DNA of 64,000 nucleotides from an uncultured Bacteroidota bacterium (GCA_903851465.1 CAINOI010000030.1:22795-86794), one strand, 5' to 3'; shown: positions 46,717 through 57,005, counted from the first letter of the stretch. Numbers and translations: made by a program. The notes: generated from the letters alone by a model not told the origin.

Positions 46717-48228
46717 ATGAATTTAAGTCAACCAGCCCGTGGAATTAGTTTTGGGTATCTAAAAGAAGACCTTCCTGCCGGCTTAGTTGTTTTTTTAGTA
46801 GCGCTTCCTTTATGTTTAGGAATTGCTTTGGCATCGGGGGCGCCTTTGTTTTCTGGTATTATTGCAGGTATCGTTGGAGGTATCATTGTAGCATTCGCAA
46901 GTGGTTCCGCATTGAGCGTGAGTGGTCCAGCTGCAGGCCTTACTGTGATTGTCTTGAATGGTATCACCACATTAGGTTCCTATGATCATTTCTTAGTCGC
47001 AGTGGCTATAGCTGGCATTTTACAAATTATTTTAGGCTACTTAAAAGCAGGAGTGATTGGTTATTATTTTCCTTCTAGTGTCATCAAAGGAATGCTTGCA
47101 GCGATTGGTATTATTTTAATTTTAAAACAAATACCAGTAGCCATTGGCGTTAATAAAACAGCAAATATTTCCTATCATTATGGGTCGATCTTCATTGCAG
47201 CTTTTTCTATAGCAATCCTATTATTTTGGGAGTTACCAGCATTAAAAAAATACAGCTTTTTCAAGTTTGTTCCAGGCGCATTGATTGCTGTTTTGACTGG
47301 TGTTGCATTAAATGCTTTATTTAAAGTCTATCAGCCTGAATGGGCGTTAACAGCAAATGCTTTGGTTACCTTACCTGTAGCAAAAAATAGTAACGAGTTT
47401 TTTGGTCAATTTACATTGCCCAATTTTGCAGCATTGGGAAATTACCAAGTCTATGTCATAGCAGTGACTATTGCAATTATTGCAAGTATCGAAACTTTAT
47501 TAAGTACCGAAGCAGCGGATAAGTTAGATCCCTATAAAAGAGTCACACCAAGCAATCGTGAATTAAAAGCACAAGGTTTGGGGAATTTAATTTCGGGTTT
47601 AATTGGCGGATTGCCTATGACGGCAGTGATAGTTCGAACTTCTGCGAATGTGAATGCAGGTGCTAGAACAAAACTATCGGCCATATTCCATGGATTGTTA
47701 TTGCTAATTAGTGTGGTCGCATTTGCATCCCTCTTAAACCAAATCCCTTTGGCATGTTTGGCTGCTGTGTTATTGGTAGTCGGCTACAAATTGGCAAAGC
47801 TTAGTTTGTTTAAAGAAATGTATCAGCTAGGGTGGGAACAGTTTGTACCCTTTATGGTGACCATTATTGCAATTCAATTTAGCGACTTGTTAAAAGGGAT
47901 TGCCCTGGGTATGCTGGTAGCAGTTTTTTATATATTAAGGAACAATTTTAGACGGGATTACAAAATACACCATGCTAAAATAGCTGATGGCGGCGCTATT
48001 ACTATTAAGTTAGCTGAGCAAGTCACATTTATTAATAAAGGGAGTATCGCAAAAAAATTATCAGAAATACCCAATGGTACAAAAGTGATCATTGATGCGA
48101 GTCAATCCCATTATATAGACCTGGATGTCATTGAAATTATTCATAACTTCAATGCAACAGCAAATTTAAAAAATATTGACCTACAATTGGTAAATTTGCC
48201 TGAAAGGGCTAAGTCGGCTGGGCATTAG
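46717..48228 (+). CDS. SulP/SLC26 anion (probably bicarbonate) transporter with reduced STAS domain
   Basis: DLPAGLVVFLVALPLCLGIALASG, VSGPAAGL, NRELKAQGLGN, VRTSAN. Confidence 0.93.
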   Translation: MNLSQPARGISFGYLKEDLPAGLVVFLVALPLCLGIALASGAPLFSGIIAGIVGGIIVAFASGSALSVSGPAAGLTVIVLNGITTLGSYDHFLVAVAIAGILQIILGYLKAGVIGYYFPSSVIKGMLAAIGIILILKQIPVAIGVNKTANISYHYGSIFIAAFSIAILLFWELPALKKYSFFKFVPGALIAVLTGVALNALFKVYQPEWALTANALVTLPVAKNSNEFFGQFTLPNFAALGNYQVYVIAVTIAIIASIETLLSTEAADKLDPYKRVTPSNRELKAQGLGNLISGLIGGLPMTAVIVRTSANVNAGARTKLSAIFHGLLLLISVVAFASLLNQIPLACLAAVLLVVGYKLAKLSLFKEMYQLGWEQFVPFMVTIIAIQFSDLLKGIALGMLVAVFYILRNNFRRDYKIHHAKIADGGAITIKLAEQVTFINKGSIAKKLSEIPNGTKVIIDASQSHYIDLDVIEIIHNFNATANLKNIDLQLVNLPERAKSAGH

Positions 48229-48279
48229 ATTAAAAGTTAGATTAAGGTTTCATTCTTTTCAAAAATTAAAATAGTTAAA

Positions 48280-48912
48280 ATGGAAAAATCATATAAAAGA
48301 TTAATTGAAAATAACAAAACATGGGTCGCAGAACAGTTGCAATTAGACCCTGCCTTCTTTGAAAAATTATCAAATGGACAAACACCAGAATATTTATGGA
48401 TAGGTTGTTCGGACAGTAGGGTGCCTGCAGAATCCATTACAGGAACGGATCCAGGTGAAATGTTTGTACATCGTAATATCGCCAATATGGTGGTACATAG
48501 TGACATGAATATGTTGAGTGTATTATCTTACGCTGTAGAAGTGCTAAAGGTGAAACATGTGATTGTTTGCGGTCATTATGGTTGTGGCGGTGTGATGGCG
48601 GCAATGAAAAATCAACAATTTGGTTTAATTGACAATTGGTTAAGGCATATTAAAGATGTGTACAGATACCATCACAAAGAACTCGATGCCATTGAAGATG
48701 AGACTTTAAGAGCAAGAAGATTCGTAGAAGTGAATGTACAGGAGCAGGTACATGATCTGGGAAAGACATCTATTGTTCAAAATGCATGGAAAAGAGACCA
48801 ACCATTGCACTTACACGGATGGGTCTATGATATCAATGACGGTCTGATCAATGATTTAGGTGTGAACTTTACTTGTCCAAAAGATTTACATAATGTATAC
48901 CACCTTGATTAG
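48280..48912 (+). CDS. can: Beta-class carbonic anhydrase
   Basis: WIGCSDSRV, FVHRNIAN, CGHYGCGG zinc ligands, HGWVYD. Confidence 0.95.
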   Translation: MEKSYKRLIENNKTWVAEQLQLDPAFFEKLSNGQTPEYLWIGCSDSRVPAESITGTDPGEMFVHRNIANMVVHSDMNMLSVLSYAVEVLKVKHVIVCGHYGCGGVMAAMKNQQFGLIDNWLRHIKDVYRYHHKELDAIEDETLRARRFVEVNVQEQVHDLGKTSIVQNAWKRDQPLHLHGWVYDINDGLINDLGVNFTCPKDLHNVYHLD

Positions 48913-48928
48913 CAATAAAATATACTTT

Positions 48929-48961
48929 AAAATGGAGCGTTGAAAAACGCTCCATTTTTTT
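48929..48961. terminator. Intrinsic terminator after can
   Basis: AAAATGGAGCGTT-GAAA-AACGCTCCATTTT perfect 13-bp stem followed by a T tract. Confidence 0.9.
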
Positions 48962-48975
48962 GCACTTTATCCTTT

Positions 48976-49032
48976 GTTAATATTAAGTTCATATTGGCTT
49001 AACAATTTGGTAACATGAGTATTTGATATTTG
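48976..49032 (+). promoter_or_regulatory. Four-unit 11-bp-period repeat array (Pho-box-like) plus variant -7 element
   Basis: GTTAATA 48976, GTTCATA 48987, CTTAACA 48998, GGTAACA 49009; GATATTTG 49025-49032. Confidence 0.72.
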
Positions 49033-49053
49033 CCATACAAATAAAATCATATC

Positions 49054-51810
49054 GTGAAAAGGATACTACTATTTATAATTTGTTTTGTTGCAGCAGTTTC
49101 GGTTCAAGCGCAAAAAGCAAAATTGACAGGTAAGGTTACAAACGTAAAAAATGATGTTTTAGTTGGCGTTACACTAACTTTAAAATCGGATAAGAGCCAA
49201 GTTTCAAAAACAGATATCGAGGGAAGATTTAGTTTTAATATAGATATCAATAAAGCATATTCATTAGATTTATCTTATGTAGGTTACAAAGCAAAATCAA
49301 TTGATGTTACTGGTGCTACCACTGCTAACGAAGAGATCGTATTAGATGTATTATTAGAAGAAGCAGGAAAAAATTTAACGGATGTAGTGGTTTCTGCTAC
49401 AAGATCTACTAATAAAGGAGCTACGGATAATGCATTGATAGCTTATCAGAAAAATACCAATACGGTTGCTTCTGTAATTTCTGCAGAATCTATTAAGAGA
49501 AGTCCAGATAGAAACACTGCTGAAATCTTAAAAAGAACTCCAGGTGCATCTATCCAAGAAGGTAAATATATTATTGTAAGAGGTTTGGCGGATCGCTATA
49601 ACCAAGCGATGTTGAATGGTATTTTGTTAACAAGTACAGAGCCAGACAGAAAAACATTCTCATTTGATTTATTCCCTTCTCAAATCATTGACAATATCAT
49701 TATCAATAAAGCATTCGTTCCAGAGTTACCAGGTGAGTGGGCTGGAGGTTTAATTCAAGTAAATACAAAAGATGTTCCAACAAAGAACTTCTTTAATATT
49801 CAAATCGGTACTAGTGCTAATACATTAGTTACTGGAAAAGATTTCTTAAAAGACGAAGGCGGTAAAACAGATTATTTAGGTTTAGATGATGGTACAAGAT
49901 CTATGCCTGCTGGATATACTACAAAATCAAATTTTGATACATCTAGTTTAGCTACAAAAGCAGAATTGGGTAAAAGAATGTCAAATAACTGGTCTCCAGT
50001 GACAGTTACTGCTAAGCCAAATGTAAGCTTACAAATGAATGGTGGTTTTAGCGGTACTTTATGGGGTAAAAAAATAGGTGGTATTATTGGAGTAAACTAT
50101 GCGAATGCATACCGTTTCCAAGATAATGTCAACAATCAAAATGGTATTGTTGGTAATACAATCAATCCAATTATTGAATTAAAAGACAAAAAGTATATTA
50201 ACGATATTAATATGGGTGCTATTGCTGGATTGTCTATGTTCATAAACCCTTTGAATAAAATTAGTTATAAAGCAATTGTAAACGTTAAAACAGCAAATTC
50301 ATTCAATTCTAGAGCTGGTAAAGATTATTCTAGACAAGATTTAGTGAAAGGTAACGAATTTGTATTTGGACAAAATGTTTTCTTTACCAATCAATTGAAT
50401 GGTGAGCATAGCTTATCTCAAAAATTAAAATTCAATTGGTATGGTGCATTCAATATATTGGATAGCTATAGCCCGGATCAAAGAAGAATTTTATATACTA
50501 AGAGTGTAGCTGGTACAGATCCTTATGTATTGAATATTTCAAACACTTTATCTCAACAATCAGGTAGCCGTGTATTCCAATCTTTATCTGATTATATCTA
50601 TACAGCTGGTGGTGATTTAACTTTAAAAGTAAAGCAACAAACCATCAAAACAGGTTACATGATGCAAATTAAAGATCGTATGTATGACGCTCAATTATTT
50701 GCTGTTTACTTGCCAAGAGATAATGCTGAATTAAGAGGCTTAGATGCGGCTTCAGCTTTTGTACCTCAAAATTTTGGAAATGGTACAGATAATAAATTTG
50801 CTTTCAACTCTATTCAAAATAGAAACTTCAGATACATGGCCAACACCATTTTAAATGCTGGTTATGTTCAATTTGATAATAAATTATCAGATGGTTTAAG
50901 AGTGGTATGGGGACTGAGAGTAGAAAACTTTGACCAATTAGTAGGTTCAGTTAAGAAATGGGATGATCGCCATACCTATTCAAAAGTAACTGACTTCTTA
51001 CCTGGTGTAAATGCTACAATCAAATTAGGTCAAAAATCAAACTTAAGATTGACAGGTTCTCAAACTGTAATTCGTCCAGAATTAAGAGAGTTATCTAAAT
51101 TAACCATCTATGATTTTGATTTAAACGCAGCAGTATCAGGTGAACCAAATTTAAAAAGAACAAAAATTACCAATTTAGACTTTAGATATGAATTGTATCC
51201 AGGTGCTGGAGAAATGTTTACAGTGGGTGTATTCTACAAAAACTTTGATAACGCTATTGAAAGCATTTACTATGAAGGTTCTGGAGGATCAAGTTTATTT
51301 ACTTATCAAAATGTAGCTAAGGCGACTGCGTTTGGTTTTGAAGTAGAAGGTCGTAAAAAATTATCTACTAGATTTACTTTACAAGCCAACGGTTCTTATA
51401 TCAATTCAAAAATTGAAGATGCTGCGCTTAAAGTAAGCAGATCTTTACAAGGTCAGTCTCCGTATTTGATTAACGCTGGTCTATTATATGATGTAGTAGA
51501 GAAAGGATTTAACATGACAGCATTATTTAACCAAGTAGGTAAAAGAATTTATCTAGTGGGAGATGCATTTGGTGCAGGTTCACCAGATGTATTTGAAAAC
51601 CCAAGAGCATTGGTGGATTTCCAAATCAGTAAAAAGTTTGCTGAGAACAAAGCTGAAATTAAATTTACCATTTCTGATATCTTGAATCAAAGACAAATTT
51701 TCTATCAAAACAATAACAGCAATACAGATTATGATAAGTCTAAAGATGCTATTCGTTTCTCTAGAAAATTCGGTACAACTTTTGGTATTACACTTAACTA
51801 CACATTATAA
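49054..51810 (+). CDS. TonB-dependent receptor with N-terminal CarboxypepD_reg-like domain (GTG start)
   Basis: IVRGLADRYN, FDLFPS, PELPGEWAGGLIQVNT plug motifs; IRPELREL; terminal LNYTL. Confidence 0.92.
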   Translation: MKRILLFIICFVAAVSVQAQKAKLTGKVTNVKNDVLVGVTLTLKSDKSQVSKTDIEGRFSFNIDINKAYSLDLSYVGYKAKSIDVTGATTANEEIVLDVLLEEAGKNLTDVVVSATRSTNKGATDNALIAYQKNTNTVASVISAESIKRSPDRNTAEILKRTPGASIQEGKYIIVRGLADRYNQAMLNGILLTSTEPDRKTFSFDLFPSQIIDNIIINKAFVPELPGEWAGGLIQVNTKDVPTKNFFNIQIGTSANTLVTGKDFLKDEGGKTDYLGLDDGTRSMPAGYTTKSNFDTSSLATKAELGKRMSNNWSPVTVTAKPNVSLQMNGGFSGTLWGKKIGGIIGVNYANAYRFQDNVNNQNGIVGNTINPIIELKDKKYINDINMGAIAGLSMFINPLNKISYKAIVNVKTANSFNSRAGKDYSRQDLVKGNEFVFGQNVFFTNQLNGEHSLSQKLKFNWYGAFNILDSYSPDQRRILYTKSVAGTDPYVLNISNTLSQQSGSRVFQSLSDYIYTAGGDLTLKVKQQTIKTGYMMQIKDRMYDAQLFAVYLPRDNAELRGLDAASAFVPQNFGNGTDNKFAFNSIQNRNFRYMANTILNAGYVQFDNKLSDGLRVVWGLRVENFDQLVGSVKKWDDRHTYSKVTDFLPGVNATIKLGQKSNLRLTGSQTVIRPELRELSKLTIYDFDLNAAVSGEPNLKRTKITNLDFRYELYPGAGEMFTVGVFYKNFDNAIESIYYEGSGGSSLFTYQNVAKATAFGFEVEGRKKLSTRFTLQANGSYINSKIEDAALKVSRSLQGQSPYLINAGLLYDVVEKGFNMTALFNQVGKRIYLVGDAFGAGSPDVFENPRALVDFQISKKFAENKAEIKFTISDILNQRQIFYQNNNSNTDYDKSKDAIRFSRKFGTTFGITLNYTL

Positions 51811-51846
51811 TATTACAAACAAACACTTTTTTTAAATACAACAACA

Positions 51847-53394
51847 ATGAAACAATTATTTATTTTATCTCTCGCTTTTTTAGCCATTACTGGTTGTAGA
51901 AAGATCGAAACAGACGGCGAAAAAGAAATCTTCGTAGTTACAACTACGAAAGAAGTTGCACCTGTAGGTGTGGTAGTGAATACCATTACTTTATCTGGTG
52001 TATTAACAAAAGACACTACTTTATATGCAAAAGATATCAACTATCTTTCAGGTAAGGTATATGTTCCAAAAGGAATTACTTTAACAGTTCAAGCTGGTGC
52101 AAAAGTGCAAGGTAAGTCTGGTTCAAATGTGGCTGCTTTGATTGTAGCACGTGGCGGTAAATTAGTTGCAATAGGAACTGAAACATCTCCAATTGTGTTT
52201 ACATCTTCTTCTCCAAATCCACAATCTGGTGACTGGGGTGGTATCGTATTATTAGGTACTGCAACTGTAAACCAATCTTTATCTTGGAAAGGAACAACCT
52301 ACACTGGTTTAACTTCAGTGGAAGGTGGTGTAAATGATACAGAAGTAGGTTATGGTTTAGCAGGGTCTGGTGATCCAGCTTTCCCAACAGGAAATGATGC
52401 CGATAATTCTGGTACTTTACAATATTTAAGAATTGAGTATGCAGGTTATGCATATTTACCAGATAACGAATTGAATAGCTTAACAATGGCAGGTGTAGGT
52501 CGTGGTACGACTATCGACCACATCCAAGTTACTTATGCAAAAGATGATGCATTCGAGTGGTTTGGTGGTACAGTAAACTGTAAGTATTTGATTGCTTACA
52601 AAACACAGGATGATGATTTTGATACAGATTTTGGATATTCTGGTAATGTTCAATTTGGTATCGCATTAAGAGATTCAGTAATTGCTGATATCTCTACATC
52701 AGAAGCGTTTGAATCTGATAACGATGGTAGTGGATCAACTAAGACTCCAAAAACAACTGCTGTTTTCTCTAATATGACTGCAATTGGACCAAGAGCTACT
52801 TTAGATAATAAAGGAAATAGTTTATACAGAGCTGGTGCGCATATCAGAAGAAATACTGGTATCTCTATCATGAACTCAATTATTGCTGGATGGCCAGTAG
52901 CCGTTCAATTTGATGCGTCAACTGGAACTGCAGTAGATAAAAATATTGACGATAGTACAATTAGAATCAAGAATACGACTTTTGCTGGTAACACTGCAAA
53001 TATCACTTATACTGCTAGCGGTACACCAACAGGTGCGTCTAGTGCCAGTTTATTGACTTGGTTTACTAACCCTTTTTACGAAAACACAATTTTAACCAAT
53101 GCTTCTGCAGATAGATTAAAATTAATTCAACCGTTTAATTACACCAATCCTGATTTCACACCATACGCAAATAACTCAACTCCTTCTACAACTCCTTCAA
53201 CTCCATCAACAGATCCTTTTACATCTGCTTGGGGAACATTAGGAATTTGGGATCATGTGAATTTCACAAAGAATGGTTCTTTCACTGATGTTAAATTACA
53301 AAATGCATTCTTTGAAAAAGTAACATTCAGAGGTGCAGTTGCAACATCTGGTCCAAACCAAACTTGGTGGAAAGGTTGGACAATTTGGAAATAG
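51847..53394 (+). CDS. Uncharacterised surface lipoprotein, probable right-handed beta-helix
   Basis: Lipobox ITGC-RKIETDGEKE, GDWGGIVLLG, DNSGTLQYLRIEYAG, NSLTMAGVG, DDAFEWFGG, DDDFDTDFG. Confidence 0.78.
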   Translation: MKQLFILSLAFLAITGCRKIETDGEKEIFVVTTTKEVAPVGVVVNTITLSGVLTKDTTLYAKDINYLSGKVYVPKGITLTVQAGAKVQGKSGSNVAALIVARGGKLVAIGTETSPIVFTSSSPNPQSGDWGGIVLLGTATVNQSLSWKGTTYTGLTSVEGGVNDTEVGYGLAGSGDPAFPTGNDADNSGTLQYLRIEYAGYAYLPDNELNSLTMAGVGRGTTIDHIQVTYAKDDAFEWFGGTVNCKYLIAYKTQDDDFDTDFGYSGNVQFGIALRDSVIADISTSEAFESDNDGSGSTKTPKTTAVFSNMTAIGPRATLDNKGNSLYRAGAHIRRNTGISIMNSIIAGWPVAVQFDASTGTAVDKNIDDSTIRIKNTTFAGNTANITYTASGTPTGASSASLLTWFTNPFYENTILTNASADRLKLIQPFNYTNPDFTPYANNSTPSTTPSTPSTDPFTSAWGTLGIWDHVNFTKNGSFTDVKLQNAFFEKVTFRGAVATSGPNQTWWKGWTIWK

Positions 53395-53422
53395 TCATTG
53401 TATTTAAAAGAGTACTATATAT

Positions 53423-53457
53423 AAAAATACCCTCGCAAATGCGAGGGTATTTTTTTT
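53423..53457. terminator. Bidirectional intrinsic terminator
   Basis: AAAAATACCCTCGC-AAAT-GCGAGGGTATTTTT between convergent genes. Confidence 0.9.
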
Positions 53458-53527
53458 GAAAGTCTTCGAGATCAATTTTTGATTTCCTTTTTATAAATAG
53501 TTTATTTAGGAAATTCGAAATCAAATC

Positions 53528-54613
53528 TTATCCATTATACGCTTCAGATACACCTTTGTGTAAAATCTTTCCCGCTCTAATATTCAATCCTTTTGCTAAT
53601 GCTTGATTCTCGGCACATGCAATTTCCCATCCTTTGTTTGCAATTGCAAGCGCGTATGGTAAAGTAGCTTGTGTTAAAGCTCTTGTGCTTGTTTGAGGCA
53701 CGGCACCTGGCATATTCGCTACGCAATAATGCGTGATACCATCTATAGTGAATACTGGGTTTTCGTGTGTAGTAGGCTTACAAGTTTCAATACATCCACC
53801 TTGGTCAACCGCTACATCCACAATTACAGAACCCGCTTCCATTAATTTTAAATCGGCTTGCTTTACTAAGTGTGGTGCTTTTGCGCCATGTAATAAAACG
53901 GCACCTATTAATAAATCAACTGTAGGTAATTTTTCTTTGATTGCTAATAAAGTAGAATACTGTGTGATTACATTTGCAGGCATCACATCCGACAAATACC
54001 TTAATCTAGCTAAGTTGGTATCCATGATGGTTACATGTGCACCTAATCCTGCAGCCATCTTAGCAGCTTGTGTTCCCACAATACCACCACCAATCACCAA
54101 TACTTCTGCTGGCTTCACACCTGGTACACCACCTAACAATTTTCCTTTACCACCGAATGGTTTGCCTAAATAATAAGCACCCACATTCACCGCCATTCTT
54201 CCTGCTACTTCCGACATTGGAACTAATAATGGCAATGAGCCATCAGGTAATTCAACAGTTTCATATGCGATACAAACAGCATGCGTTTTCATCATCGCCT
54301 CTGTTAATTCTTTAGAAGCTGCAAAATGGAAATAAGTGAATAAAATTTGACCAGACTTGATCAATCCATATTCAGCAGCCAAAGGCTCTTTTACTTTTAC
54401 AATCATTTCTGCAATGGCATACACTTCGGCTGCGGTTGGCAAAATTTGCGCACCCACAGCTACATAAGCCTCATCAGAAAATCCTGATCCAGCACCGGCA
54501 TTGGTTTCAATGTACACCGTATGGCCTTGTCTAGACAAAGCATCCACACCTTCAGGAGTTAAACCTACACGGTACTCCTGGATCTTAATTTCTTTAGGAA
54601 CGCCAATAATCAT
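53528..54613 (-). CDS. ald: Alanine dehydrogenase
   Basis: MIIGVPKEIK, EYRVGLTP, VKVKEP, PMSEVAGR, IGGGIVG, VAVDQGGC, YCVANMPGAVP. Confidence 0.96.
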   Translation of the reverse strand: MIIGVPKEIKIQEYRVGLTPEGVDALSRQGHTVYIETNAGAGSGFSDEAYVAVGAQILPTAAEVYAIAEMIVKVKEPLAAEYGLIKSGQILFTYFHFAASKELTEAMMKTHAVCIAYETVELPDGSLPLLVPMSEVAGRMAVNVGAYYLGKPFGGKGKLLGGVPGVKPAEVLVIGGGIVGTQAAKMAAGLGAHVTIMDTNLARLRYLSDVMPANVITQYSTLLAIKEKLPTVDLLIGAVLLHGAKAPHLVKQADLKLMEAGSVIVDVAVDQGGCIETCKPTTHENPVFTIDGITHYCVANMPGAVPQTSTRALTQATLPYALAIANKGWEIACAENQALAKGLNIRAGKILHKGVSEAYNG

Positions 54614-54783
54614 AGTATTAGTTTTATTTCTGTATAAAGTTCTGTAAAAAGAAAATATTATTAGTTAAATGAATAAATACAGTAAAAAATGCTTTAAAAA
54701 TTAAAATAATTAGAAATTATCAGTAAATTCGAGTCAGAATTTGCATTTTCACCGAAATTCTTACGCTTTTCAAATTGCAGCAT

Positions 54784-55242
54784 ATGAACTTAGACCCAAT
54801 TGATCTTGCCATTTTAAGCATCTTACAAAAAAATGCATTGGCCACTTTAAAAGATATCAGTGCGGAAATTAACCTGTCTGTAAGTCCCACCCATGACCGC
54901 ATCAAAAGATTAGAAGCAGATGGGGTGATTGCCAACTATGTGGCTTTAATCAATCGTAAAAAAATTGATTTAGGCATGGTGGTATTTTGTCATGTGACGT
55001 TAGACAAGCAAACAAAAAATAATTTCGCGGAGTTTGAGCAAATCATTTTACAATTTGATGAAATCATTTCCTGCAGTTTGGTTTCTGGTAGTTTTGATTA
55101 TTATTTAAAAGTGGTCACAAAAGATGTAGAAACTTACAATCAATTTTACCAAGAAAAATTAGCGGTCCTTCCAATGGTTGCACATATCAATAGTTTGTTT
55201 GTGATGGATGAAATTAAAACAACCACTGCATTGCCACTTTAA
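54784..55242 (+). CDS. Lrp/AsnC-family regulator divergent from ald
   Basis: LDPIDLAILSILQ HTH start, RIKRLEADGVI, VSGSFDYYLKV. Confidence 0.93.
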   Translation: MNLDPIDLAILSILQKNALATLKDISAEINLSVSPTHDRIKRLEADGVIANYVALINRKKIDLGMVVFCHVTLDKQTKNNFAEFEQIILQFDEIISCSLVSGSFDYYLKVVTKDVETYNQFYQEKLAVLPMVAHINSLFVMDEIKTTTALPL

Positions 55243-55269
55243 TTCCGAACAACAATTAAAAAATATTTT

Positions 55270-55911
55270 ATGTACAATATTCCTCATTTTAAAGCCAGCA
55301 ATCATCAACAAGTCCTTGACTTTATGCAGGCGAATCCTTTTGTAACCATTTGTGGTGTAGACGCGAATGGCTTGCCCGTTGCCACGCATATACCCGTGTT
55401 AACGAAAGTAGACAATGAAGTGATTACGATAAGCGGACATATCATGCGTAAACAAGATCATAGCAATGCATTTGAATTGAATAAAAATGTATTGGTTATA
55501 TTTTCAGCACCGTCTGCATTTGTAAGTGCCAACTGGTATACCACAAAAGAGATGGGAAGTACATGGAATTATCAAACAGTGCATGCAAGAGGACCATTAG
55601 AAATAAAAGACGAAACACATTTAAGAAATGTACTGACCGAATTGACTTTGCATTTTGAAAAAGAGGCAGATGCACCAACGCAAGTAAAAAATTTATCTCA
55701 GGAATACATGGAACAAAACATGAAAGCCATTTATTCATTTGATATTGTTGTAAATGACTTGCAGCATGTGTTTAAGCTGAGTCAAAACAGAGACGAAGCC
55801 TCACATACAAATATTCAGAACGAATTAAATAAAGGAGACGCTGCTTGTAAGCATATGGCAGCTGCTATGAAGGCTCAATCAAGTCCCAAAGATTCCCATA
55901 CAAATCTTTAA
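55270..55911 (+). CDS. PaiB-like FMN-binding split-barrel protein
   Basis: MYNIPHF, ATHIP, SANWY, TWNYQTVH, FKLSQNR. Confidence 0.88.
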   Translation: MYNIPHFKASNHQQVLDFMQANPFVTICGVDANGLPVATHIPVLTKVDNEVITISGHIMRKQDHSNAFELNKNVLVIFSAPSAFVSANWYTTKEMGSTWNYQTVHARGPLEIKDETHLRNVLTELTLHFEKEADAPTQVKNLSQEYMEQNMKAIYSFDIVVNDLQHVFKLSQNRDEASHTNIQNELNKGDAACKHMAAAMKAQSSPKDSHTNL

Positions 55912-56257
55912 ATACTGCGACTGTTCCATAAGCTTCTACATGAGGTGGGATTGTAAACTCCACACCCTTAGCAGTATAATTTTCATAGTCTCTATAAAAA
56001 TCATCGGTGTATAAAAATAAAAATACACGTCCGCCTGTTTGATAGCCTATACTTTTTTCTTGTTCGGGTGTGGCTGCTTTTGCAAGCAGTAACATGCAGC
56101 CATTATTTGCCCCAGTCGGTTGTACCATCACCCATCGTTTAATTGCTGAAAGCTCCGTGTCTTCTATTAATTTAAATCCAAGGATATTGGTATAATATTG
56201 AATGGCTTCATCGTAATCACGAACAACCACTGCTATATGGGCTAGATTTTGTTGCAT
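55865..56257 (-). CDS. VOC/glyoxalase family protein
   Basis: HIAVVVRDYDEAIQYY, KRWV, QTGGRVFLFL, YGTVAVFKDLYGNLWDL. Confidence 0.92.
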   Translation of the reverse strand: MQQNLAHIAVVVRDYDEAIQYYTNILGFKLIEDTELSAIKRWVMVQPTGANNGCMLLLAKAATPEQEKSIGYQTGGRVFLFLYTDDFYRDYENYTAKGVEFTIPPHVEAYGTVAVFKDLYGNLWDLIEPS

Positions 56258-56261
56258 GTAT

Positions 56262-56269
56262 CAAATATA
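56262..56269 (-). promoter_or_regulatory. -7 element TATATTTG, 4 nt before the VOC ATG
   Basis: Minus strand TATATTTG-ATAC-ATG. Confidence 0.6.
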
Positions 56270-56303
56270 CAATTTGTAGATAGATCTTCAATTGAAGTAT
56301 TTG

Positions 56304-56311
56304 TATATTTG
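56304..56311 (+). promoter_or_regulatory. -7 element TATATTTG for the HAD gene
   Basis: Exact TAnnTTTG 47 nt before the ATG. Confidence 0.6.
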
Positions 56312-56358
56312 TACGCAAATTGAAATCACTCATCTTGCCTTAATTTTTTTATCTAATT

Positions 56359-56982
56359 ATGACTCCTGTAAAAAACATCATCTTTGATCTTGGCAATGTT
56401 TTATATGATATTGATTTTACAAAAATGTACAACGAATTTGACCTATTAGGTATCCCAAATTTTCAAAATCATTTTACACTCAATCAATGCGATCAATTAT
56501 TCTATGATATTGAAAAAGGATGCATCGACCAAGCAGGATTCTGTGAGGGCTTTAATCAATTGTACAATTTATCACTGAGTCATAGTCAAATTATAGCTGC
56601 TTGGAATTCCTTGTTAATTGGATTTAGAAAAGAGAGTATGGAATGGATCAAAGCGCATCAACATCAATTCCCCATGTTTTTATACTCCAATACCAATCAG
56701 ATACATTGTGATTTCGTGCTTCCTCAATTTGAAAGGGAAATAGGTGGAGATTTCGAAAAGCTGTTTAAAAAACCTTATTATTCTCATCATATGGGGATGC
56801 GCAAGCCAGATCCGGCCTCTTTTCAATATATTCTGGACCAAGAAGGGCTGATCGCTGCTGAAACTTTATTCATTGACGATAATGAGCCCAATGTGATTGG
56901 TGCAGCTTCGGTGGGGTTGCAGGTGTTGTATTTACAACCAGGCATGTTCATTGAGACCGAATTGCCTAAGTTATTAGGGTAA
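56359..56982 (+). CDS. HAD-family phosphatase (YihX-like)
   Basis: IFDLGNVL, SNTN, MRKPD, FIDD. Confidence 0.9.
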   Translation: MTPVKNIIFDLGNVLYDIDFTKMYNEFDLLGIPNFQNHFTLNQCDQLFYDIEKGCIDQAGFCEGFNQLYNLSLSHSQIIAAWNSLLIGFRKESMEWIKAHQHQFPMFLYSNTNQIHCDFVLPQFEREIGGDFEKLFKKPYYSHHMGMRKPDPASFQYILDQEGLIAAETLFIDDNEPNVIGAASVGLQVLYLQPGMFIETELPKLLG

Positions 56983-57005
56983 AAGACGTCCTTTAGAATA
57001 ACAAT

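Noticed and set aside
54614-54783. Possible Lrp operators (e.g. AGTAAAAAATGCT) between ald and the regulator
   Set aside because: Matches are too degenerate in very AT-rich DNA, and the ald/Lrp arrangement is already well known.
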